NCBI GenBank assembly: GCA_046498225.1
Contig: JAWOBF010000050.1
Coordinates: forward strand, 1-13,893
Reading direction: 5' to 3'
Source of the DNA: Candidatus Aegiribacteria sp.
GTDB lineage: Bacteria > Fermentibacterota > Fermentibacteria > Fermentibacterales > JCC-6
Length of the DNA: 13,893 bases
The position numbers and the translations under genes were made by a program. Each line of letters starts with the position of its first letter. Position 1 is the first letter of the stretch. Shown here piece by piece: positions 7,935 to 13,893 of the stretch. The notes beneath the pieces were generated by a model. It saw only the letters and a list, made by a program, of their open reading frames with translations. It was not told the origin of the DNA and did no database searches.

Positions 7935-8378
7935 ATGGAGCAGACACTGGTCATTCTCAAGCCCAATGCGGTCCAGAGAGAGTTGATAGGCGAGTTGATC
8001 TCCAAGTTCGAGAGAAGGGGAATGAAGATAACCGCCATGAAACTATGCAGGATTACCCGGAAAACCGCCGAGATTCATTACCGGGAGCACCGGGAAAAGG
8101 AATTCTACCAGGACCTCATCTCTTTCATAACCAGCGGGCCTTCTGTACTGATGATCCTGGAGTCGCTGCAGGCCGTGAATATCGCCCGGGCCACAGTCGG
8201 CGCCACCAACCCGGCCGACGCGGCTCCGGGTTCGATAAGGGGCGATTACGCCACCAGTCCGGGGCACAACATGATACATGCGTCAGACTCAGTGGAATCG
8301 GCGAAGCGGGAAATAGAGCTTTTCTTCAGGCCGGAGGAGATAGAGGACTACACACTGTCGGTAAGACCCTGGCTCTAG
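7935..8378 (+). CDS. ndk: Nucleoside-diphosphate kinase
   Basis: EQTLVILKPNAVQR, HYREHREKEFY, FITSGP, GATNPADAAPGSIRGDY, catalytic NMIHASDS, SAKREIELFF. Start ATG 7935 follows RBS AAAGGGGA. Confidence 0.97.
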   Translation: MEQTLVILKPNAVQRELIGELISKFERRGMKITAMKLCRITRKTAEIHYREHREKEFYQDLISFITSGPSVLMILESLQAVNIARATVGATNPADAAPGSIRGDYATSPGHNMIHASDSVESAKREIELFFRPEEIEDYTLSVRPWL

Positions 8379-8452
8379 GCGAGACCGGGCTAACCTTTCT
8401 TACCTTTAGGCGTCCGCATATGGAGGAGAAGCCGGTCATGTGCGGGATGGTG

Positions 8453-8479
8453 CCGCGGGCGGCCCGGGGCCGCCCGCGG
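8453..8479. terminator. All-GC inverted repeat between convergent ndk and vorA (possible terminator or 3' stabilising hairpin)
   Basis: CCGCGGGCGGCC (8453-8464), CGG loop, GGCCGCCCGCGG (8468-8479): perfect 12-bp stem 11 nt after the vorA stop. No U-tract on either strand. Confidence 0.5.
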
Positions 8480-8490
8480 TCACTGATTCA

Positions 8491-9930
8491 TCAGGAGAAG
8501 TTCTCCTTCACGTACTCGAAGCCCCTGCGCACGGCTTTCTCGTTCAGTTTTATGACCTTGTCGGGCTTTCCCGCGAAGAGGGAGGACATCAGGCTTTCTA
8601 TCTCTTCGGGGTCGAACATGCCGGTGACCGCGGCAAAGGCTCCCACGCTGACCATGCTCTGGACCCTGGTATCGCCCAGTTCATCGGCTATGCCGGTGAT
8701 GGGTATGGGATAGACCCTGACGTCATCCCTTGTGGGCTTGATGTCTATGAGGGTGCTGTTGTACATGAGAGCCCCGTCCGGGACGATTATTTTCTCGAAC
8801 TTCTCCAGGCTGGGCTGGTTCATGGCTATGACCATGTTGGGTTCGGTGCACTCGGCGGCGCCTATGGTCTCCTCCTGGACCTTCACCGAACAGTTGGCCG
8901 TACCGCCCCTCATCTCCGGTCCGTACGACGGAAGCCAGCTGACGTTGTACCCGTACTCCATACCAACGTTGGCCAGCGCTATTCCGGTGGACATGATTCC
9001 CTGTCCGCCGAAGCCCGATACCCTCAGGGCCACCTGCTTGAAGGCCGCGTCAGGATTCTTCTTCAGGTTGGATGATTCCAGGCCCTCGTAGCCCAGTATC
9101 TTCTTCACCTCTTCCGGCTCCATCACCGGGACCGGCCTCTCTACCGTGTATTCCTGGTCGGAAATGTCCCGGAAGGTATCCAGGGGGAACCTGGGTAACA
9201 TGTTGTCCTTTATCCACTGCTGGGCCTGGATCGATCCCATCTTCCACCCGCTGGGGCACATGCCGAGAACCTCGACGAAGGAGAAACCCTTCCTGTTCAT
9301 GGCGTTCTGGATACCCTTGCGAACGGCGGCCCTGGTCTTGCGGATGTTGGGCATGTCGTGCAGGGAGGTCCTGGCTATGTACACCGGAGCCGTGAGAGTG
9401 TTTATCAGTTCGCACACCTGGATGGGATAACCGTCGGTGGTGAGGTTCCGGCCGTATGGCGTGGTTGTGGTCTTCTGACCCTCCAGGGTGGTGGGGGCCA
9501 TCTGGCCGCCGGTCATACCGTAGATGGCGTTGTTGACGAAGAAAACCACCATGTTCTCGCCGCGGTTGGCGGCCTGCATGATGTTGTTGCCCCCTATGGC
9601 GGCAAGGTCACCATCTCCCTGGTAGCTTATCACTATTGAGTCGGGATTCGCCCTGGAAACAGCCGAAGCCACCGCCGGAGCCCTGCCATGGGCCACCTGG
9701 AGATTGCCGGTATCGAAGTAGTAGTAGGCGAAGACGCTGCATCCCACCGGGCTGATGACGATGGACTTGTCCACTACTTCAAAGTCCTCCAGCGCTTCGG
9801 CTATCAGCTTGTGAAGTATGCCGTGGCCGCACCCGGGACAGTAATGGGTCCTGTCCTTCTCGGCTCCCGGCTTGTGCTTGTATACGTCGATGAAACCCTT
9901 TGGTTTTCTGAGTACTGTCTTCTGTGCCAT
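8491..9930 (-). CDS. vorA: 2-oxoacid:ferredoxin oxidoreductase, fused beta (TPP-binding) and gamma subunit, VOR-type
   Basis: Beta: HYCPGCGHG, SPVGCS, AHGRAPAVA, YQGDGDLAAIGG, VNNAIYGMTGGQMAPTT, CPSGW. Gamma: GFGGQGI, WLPSYGPEMRGGTANCSV. ATG 9930 follows GGGGTG and lies 2 nt after the upstream TGA; GTG 9936 is the alternative. Substrate specificity is inferred. Confidence 0.9.
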   Translation of the reverse strand: MAQKTVLRKPKGFIDVYKHKPGAEKDRTHYCPGCGHGILHKLIAEALEDFEVVDKSIVISPVGCSVFAYYYFDTGNLQVAHGRAPAVASAVSRANPDSIVISYQGDGDLAAIGGNNIMQAANRGENMVVFFVNNAIYGMTGGQMAPTTLEGQKTTTTPYGRNLTTDGYPIQVCELINTLTAPVYIARTSLHDMPNIRKTRAAVRKGIQNAMNRKGFSFVEVLGMCPSGWKMGSIQAQQWIKDNMLPRFPLDTFRDISDQEYTVERPVPVMEPEEVKKILGYEGLESSNLKKNPDAAFKQVALRVSGFGGQGIMSTGIALANVGMEYGYNVSWLPSYGPEMRGGTANCSVKVQEETIGAAECTEPNMVIAMNQPSLEKFEKIIVPDGALMYNSTLIDIKPTRDDVRVYPIPITGIADELGDTRVQSMVSVGAFAAVTGMFDPEEIESLMSSLFAGKPDKVIKLNEKAVRRGFEYVKENFS

Positions 9931-9932
9931 GA

Positions 9933-10985
9933 TCACACCCCATAAAGTTCGGAGACCTTGTTGACGATCTCCAGGGCGGACGGAACATTGCCACCCATTC
10001 TTATGTGAAGGTCGGATATCATCCTGCCCTTGAGAGCAATATTCACGTCGTTCACCATCTGACCGTTGGACATCTCAACGGTGAGGATGCCCTTCACTCC
10101 CCTGTCGGGAAGGGCGGCAATCTGCTCTTCAGGGAACGGGAAAAGGGTGATGGGTCTCAGCATGCCGAGTTTGATCCCCCTGTCCCTTGCAAGGTCCACC
10201 GCGGACCTGAGGACGCGGCTGGCGCTTCCGTAGCCTATGGCCACATACTCGGCGTCCTCCATCCGGTACTCATCGTACCTCACTTCGTTCTTCTGAACGG
10301 CTTCGTATTTCTTCGCCAGTTCGTTGTTCCACCATTCCAGGTCGTCGTGATCAAGGTAGATGGAGTTGATGAGGTGCTTCGAATCGGCTGTACCCTTCAC
10401 CGCCCAGTCGCTCTTGTCAGGCAGCTTGGAAACCGGTTCGGGAAGCTCCACCGCTTCCATCATCTGTCCTATAACCCCGTCGGTGAGAACGAAGACCGGG
10501 TTGCGGTACTTGTCCGCCAGCTCGAAGGCCAGCATTGTAAGGTCGCACATCTCCTGGGCGGAATTGGGAGCCAGAACGATGATCCTGTAATTGCCGTGTC
10601 CGCCGCCCTTTACCACCTGGTTGTAGTCTCCCTGTTCGGGGCCGATGTTGCCCAGTCCCGGTCCTCCGCGCATGATGTCCACCACCACGCATGGAAGTGC
10701 GGAGCCGGCGCAGTAGGAAAGCCCCTCCTGCTTGAGGCTTATTCCCGGCCCGGAACTTCCGGTCATCACTCTCTGTCCGCAGCCGGCGGCCCCGTATACC
10801 ATGTTGATGGCCGCCACCTCGCTCTCCGCCTGAAGGAAGATCCTTCCCAGCTTGGGCAGGATGGCGGAGGCGGATTCGGCGATCTCGCTGGCGGGCGTAA
10901 TGGGATAGCCGTAGTAGGCGGTGCAGCCGGCGAGGGCCGCTCCGTACACGGCGGCATGGTTGCCCTTCATCAGTTTTCTGGGCAT
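9933..10985 (-). CDS. vorB: 2-oxoacid:ferredoxin oxidoreductase alpha subunit (3-methyl-2-oxobutanoate dehydrogenase VorB-like)
   Basis: [113 protein letters not shown] abuts the upstream stop (TGAATG). Confidence 0.92.
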   Translation of the reverse strand: MPRKLMKGNHAAVYGAALAGCTAYYGYPITPASEIAESASAILPKLGRIFLQAESEVAAINMVYGAAGCGQRVMTGSSGPGISLKQEGLSYCAGSALPCVVVDIMRGGPGLGNIGPEQGDYNQVVKGGGHGNYRIIVLAPNSAQEMCDLTMLAFELADKYRNPVFVLTDGVIGQMMEAVELPEPVSKLPDKSDWAVKGTADSKHLINSIYLDHDDLEWWNNELAKKYEAVQKNEVRYDEYRMEDAEYVAIGYGSASRVLRSAVDLARDRGIKLGMLRPITLFPFPEEQIAALPDRGVKGILTVEMSNGQMVNDVNIALKGRMISDLHIRMGGNVPSALEIVNKVSELYGV

Positions 10986-11234
10986 TCAGCTCACCTCCTC
11001 CGGTACGTAATTCTTCATGTAGACCGTAACGGCGCTGGGCTCGGGGCATACGTAGAAGCAGTTTCCGCATCCTATGCACCCCTCGCCGATATACTCCGAA
11101 TAATGGAACCCCTTCGAGTTCAGTTTCGGAGAGATCACCAGAACATCCTTCGGGCACGCCGCAACGCACAGCTGGCACCCCTTGCAGATGTCCGGGTCGA
11201 TCTCAGGACATGGGTAATCCCTGTTTTCGCTCAC
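10986..11234 (-). CDS. 2x[4Fe-4S] ferredoxin-like subunit (delta, VorC-like) of the oxidoreductase
   Basis: 82 aa with CKGCQLCVAACP and CIGCGNCFYVCP, plus LNSKGFH. GTG start preceded by RBS GGGAGGT. Confidence 0.93.
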   Translation of the reverse strand: MSENRDYPCPEIDPDICKGCQLCVAACPKDVLVISPKLNSKGFHYSEYIGEGCIGCGNCFYVCPEPSAVTVYMKNYVPEEVS

Positions 11235-11263
11235 TGGAAGACCTCCCGGTTCAGGTTACGATT

Positions 11264-11340
11264 TGAATGATTATTCATGTTGATTGTGCACTCTAAGATT
11301 AATCAATATGAGGCTTAAGTCAACGCAGATTTATAATTTT
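11264..11340 (-). promoter_or_regulatory. AT-rich promoter/operator region of the oxidoreductase operon
   Basis: TTGACT (11323-11318), 16-nt spacer, TAATCT (11301-11296), AT tract AAAATTATAAAT upstream (UP-like), and inverted repeats at 11264-11277 and 11276-11310. Confidence 0.6.
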
Positions 11341-11357
11341 ACCCGGGGTGGAGAACC

Positions 11358-12923
11358 TCAGGGATAAACCTCGATACCGGTGCCGTCGGTGCTGATGATG
11401 AAAGTACCGTCCTGGTCCGTCCGGTATACCGCCGCCCCCCAGCTGTCGAGCCTCTGCAGTACCTCGTCGTGGGGATGGCCGTAGGGATTGCCGTATCCAA
11501 CCTCGATGGCGGCATAGGAGGGGTCCACGGCCGAAAGCCATTCGATGGAAGTCGAAGTGTACGAGCCGTGATGGCCGACTTTAAGAACATCCGCCGTAAC
11601 ATCACCGACAGCTCCTATGATATCCAGTTCGCCTTCACTCTGCAGGTCCCCGGTAAACAGGAAGGTCACGTTCTCGAAGGTTATCCTCAGTACGATCGAG
11701 GAGTTATTGATGTCGGAGCCCAGGGGGTCCACCGGGTGAAGGCATTCCACCAGGAGTTCATCGTCCCAGTCCAGGATATCTCCCCGCCTTGGAATTATGA
11801 AATCGGAGCCGTTCAGGTATACGGCCTCCAGATAATCCTCATAGGTAAGTGAGGAGTGCTCGTACCCGGAATCCCAGACCACGGCCACGGGAATGTTCTC
11901 CAGGACGCCGATCAGGCCCCCTATGTGGTCGGCGTGTGGATGGGTCGCCACTATGCCGTCCAGGCTGTCGGCTCCCAGGCTGTCCAGCAGGGGAAGCACC
12001 TTTTCCACCCCGCAGCTCCAGCTTCCGGCCCTGTCGCCACCGTCTATGAGGTAGAAACTGTTCCCGGGGGTCTTCAGGAGCATGACATCGCCGGAGTAGT
12101 AGCTGCTGTGCGAGGGGTCGATGAAGAACACCGTGAGCCTGGGAGTGAGGTCGGGTGTGGTGACGGACACCTCGTTGCTCCAGGAGGACAGTTCGGTATC
12201 GTCCACCGTCTCCACCGCGTAGTAGTAGGTGGTAAGACCCTGGACCCCGTTGTCCTCCCAGGTCACTTCGCTCACGCCGGTATTCTCGCACATGAGGTCC
12301 GCCGATGCCGGGTCGGACTGGATACCGGGACTCTGGGAGCGGTGAAGCCTGTAGCTGTGGAAATCATCGTCCGGGCACTGGGTCCAATTCAGTGATATCT
12401 GCCCCTCTGTACCGCTTCCGGTGTAGGAACCCTGAAGTTCGGAGGGTGTGGGTGGAGCTGCCGGGGGCACGTGGATGGCCTTCTCGTTGCTCCAGGCGTC
12501 CTGGCCGTTGTCGTTCACCGTTCGAAGGGCGTAGTACCAGGTATCGCCTTCGCTGATGGTGGTATCGGTCCAGGAAGTGACGGATACGCTGGAGAACACC
12601 GCACAGGTATCGGCGCTTGCGGGGTCGGAGGAAATACTCGGGGACCCGGAGCGGTAGAGTACATACCGGCGAAAATCATCGTCCGGGCACTGGGTCCATG
12701 AGGCGCTGGCCTGGTAGCTCTCCCCGCCTCGGGAAACCGGGATCAGGGCGGCGATGGACATCTCCCTGCCCCCAGCCGTACCGTCGCCGCCCCCCTGAAG
12801 CGTCACTTCAAGGATCGACGGGGTCGGGTCCGTCACTCCCAGCGGTCCCGATGGTTCGCTGCAGGAAAGCAGGACCACCGCCAGGGTCGCGACGATGACA
12901 GCGGCTGCGCGATGGTACTTCAT
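11358..12923 (-). CDS. Lipoprotein with two Fn3-like repeats and a ComEC/Rec2-type metallo-beta-lactamase-fold hydrolase domain
   Basis: ATG 12923 after RBS GGAGGA; signal MKYHRAAAVIVATLAVVLLS-C (lipobox). MBL motifs LIDGG, THPHADHIGG, NNSSIVL, LFTGD, LKVGHHGS, GNPYGHPH, YRTDQDG. No membrane competence-channel domain. Confidence 0.88.
   Translation of the reverse strand: MKYHRAAAVIVATLAVVLLSCSEPSGPLGVTDPTPSILEVTLQGGGDGTAGGREMSIAALIPVSRGGESYQASASWTQCPDDDFRRYVLYRSGSPSISSDPASADTCAVFSSVSVTSWTDTTISEGDTWYYALRTVNDNGQDAWSNEKAIHVPPAAPPTPSELQGSYTGSGTEGQISLNWTQCPDDDFHSYRLHRSQSPGIQSDPASADLMCENTGVSEVTWEDNGVQGLTTYYYAVETVDDTELSSWSNEVSVTTPDLTPRLTVFFIDPSHSSYYSGDVMLLKTPGNSFYLIDGGDRAGSWSCGVEKVLPLLDSLGADSLDGIVATHPHADHIGGLIGVLENIPVAVVWDSGYEHSSLTYEDYLEAVYLNGSDFIIPRRGDILDWDDELLVECLHPVDPLGSDINNSSIVLRITFENVTFLFTGDLQSEGELDIIGAVGDVTADVLKVGHHGSYTSTSIEWLSAVDPSYAAIEVGYGNPYGHPHDEVLQRLDSWGAAVYRTDQDGTFIISTDGTGIEVYP
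12153..12716 (-). repeat. Tandem intragenic duplication encoding two Fn3-like domains (period 312 nt, 104 aa)
   Basis: Units 12465-12716 and 12153-12404 share WTQCPDDDF..Y.L.RS.SP.I.SDPASAD...W.D...YYA..TV...WSNE. Exact 26-nt repeat AAATCATCGTCCGGGCACTGGGTCCA at 12361-12386 and 12673-12698. Confidence 0.9.
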
Positions 12924-12996
12924 TGTTCCTCCGGGTGACTGCGTGAGCCGATCAAATATAACGGCCGCACCCGGCGGGCTATTCCTCCGCCCGTAC

Positions 12997-13026
12997 TGGA
13001 CCCGCTCAACCGTGCATGGATATAAT
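12997..13026 (+). promoter_or_regulatory. Possible promoter for the hypothetical membrane protein
   Basis: Perfect TATAAT at 13021-13026, 24 nt before ATG 13051; weak -35 TGGACC (12997-13002) at 18-nt spacing. Confidence 0.4.
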
Positions 13027-13050
13027 ACGTTCCTGTCCAACAAGCGAGAA

Positions 13051-13641
13051 ATGAATGAAAAAGTTCCGGAGACGGAATCGGCGGGAGGGGTTCGGTTGGA
13101 GTATTTCAGACAGGAAGACGGAAAGTATATCTCGAGCGGTGTTCCCGGAATGATCGGCGGCTCGCCGTTTGCACGAATACTCCTGCCGCTTCTCCCGATG
13201 CTGATAATCGCGGGTATCTACATCAGCAATAGCAAAGAGGGGACCGGGATGTTTCCAGGGATGCCGTTCCTGATAATGGGAGCCTTCTTCATCCTCACCC
13301 TGGTGTTGGCCGCCGTTCTCAGAAGGAAGGGACACGGCTCGGGAATAGTGGTGGACCAGATGAAGGGAACGGTCATATACAGAAAGCCGGGGAACGCGAA
13401 GCGCACGGTGCCCGTCTCTTCCATCAGGGAGATAGGTTTTTATACTCCCGGGGAAAACAAGTACGGCCATTCCGGGAGCAGGAAGGGTCCAGCCGTGCTG
13501 TTCCTGCGTACTCAGGAAGGCGAGAAGCTGCCGGTGGCCTACAGCGGGAAACCCGAAGAGCTGAAGCACTTCGCCGACGAGCTTTCCATCGTATCCTCAC
13601 TCACTGTCAGCCAGTACACCGGGAACTGGTCGGACCTGTAA
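13051..13641 (+). CDS. Hypothetical membrane protein (2 TM helices plus soluble beta-rich C-terminal domain)
   Basis: 196 aa from ATG 13051 (the longer start at 12895 overlaps the divergent gene). Hydrophobic segments ILLPLLPMLIIAGIYI and PFLIMGAFFILTLVLAAVL followed by RRK. The RBS is weak, so the start is uncertain. Confidence 0.7.
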   Translation: MNEKVPETESAGGVRLEYFRQEDGKYISSGVPGMIGGSPFARILLPLLPMLIIAGIYISNSKEGTGMFPGMPFLIMGAFFILTLVLAAVLRRKGHGSGIVVDQMKGTVIYRKPGNAKRTVPVSSIREIGFYTPGENKYGHSGSRKGPAVLFLRTQEGEKLPVAYSGKPEELKHFADELSIVSSLTVSQYTGNWSDL

Positions 13642-13662
13642 CAGGGGCGGCAGGTCCCGGCT

Positions 13663-13893
13663 TTACAGCAGTTTGTTCCATCCGGCGGGGGTCTTCCTGT
13701 AACCCGATATCTCCAGGACCAGCTCCTCCCCGTTCCACGCCGGAAGCCTGACCGCCCTGCACCCGAGGATTTTCAGGTGGTGTTCCATTGCCTGAAGCAA
13801 CCGGTGAGCCTCAACTCCGTCTTCCAGTTCCAGCCCGGTAACGATGGCGGCCGGCCCCGGCCTGATTTCCATGCTGCCCAGCTTCCGGCCGGA
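13663..13893 (-). CDS. 3' end of a gene truncated by the window edge; hypothetical, weakly GNAT-like
   Basis: The frame stays open from the window end (SGRKLGSMEIR...) to the stop at 13663, converging on the neighbour with a 21-nt gap. AHRLLQAMEHHLKILGCRAVRL...SGYRK resembles a GNAT C-terminal half. Confidence 0.5.
   Translation of the reverse strand, partial: SGRKLGSMEIRPGPAAIVTGLELEDGVEAHRLLQAMEHHLKILGCRAVRLPAWNGEELVLEISGYRKTPAGWNKLL

Noticed and set aside
7880..8713. 277-aa plus-strand ORF spanning ndk
   Set aside because: Alternative frame over ndk and antisense to the vorA end; Arg/Gly-rich, no motifs.
10005..11270. 421-aa plus-strand ORF and 253-aa minus-strand alternative-frame ORF (10417..11178)
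   Set aside because: They overlap clearly recognisable vorB and ferredoxin genes and have no protein features.
387..11360. Selenocysteine or stop-codon readthrough at the many TGA stops
   Set aside because: The recognisable proteins end at their expected C-termini and no TGA falls at a conserved Cys position.
12361..12698. 26-nt direct repeat as CRISPR or mobile-element end
   Set aside because: Only two copies, 312 nt apart, in frame within duplicated protein domains; no cas or transposase genes.
11358..12923. Calling the lipoprotein comEC or a beta-lactamase resistance gene
   Set aside because: No multi-TM competence domain; motifs match ComEC-like MBL-fold hydrolases rather than class B beta-lactamases.
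12924..13050. N-terminal extensions to 13043 (minus) and 12895 (plus) implying head-to-head overlap
   Set aside because: RBS plus lipoprotein signal support 12923, and TATAAT supports a start at or after 13051; the region is better read as a divergent promoter.

Overview
GC-rich bacterial chromosomal window, mostly housekeeping and fermentative metabolism. A lipoprotein and an outer-membrane beta-barrel suggest a diderm, and the ferredoxin oxidoreductase suggests an anaerobe. Minus strand: leuS-OsmC-cupin (TM1459-like); a FadL/PorV-like barrel followed closely by a 1078-aa soluble multi-PAS/GAF protein; a vorC-vorB-vorA type 2-oxoacid:ferredoxin oxidoreductase operon with a beta-gamma fusion; a lipoprotein with two Fn3-like repeats fused to a ComEC-type metallo-beta-lactamase domain; and the 3' end of a gene cut by the window edge. 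Plus strand: ndk and a hypothetical membrane protein. I saw no RNA genes, CRISPR array or mobile element. The most unusual item is the large sensor: by eye its C-terminus follows a histidine kinase core but lacks the H, N, G1 and G2 boxes (candidate pseudokinase), and it appears co-transcribed with the barrel. All assignments come from motif recognition by eye; no searches were run.
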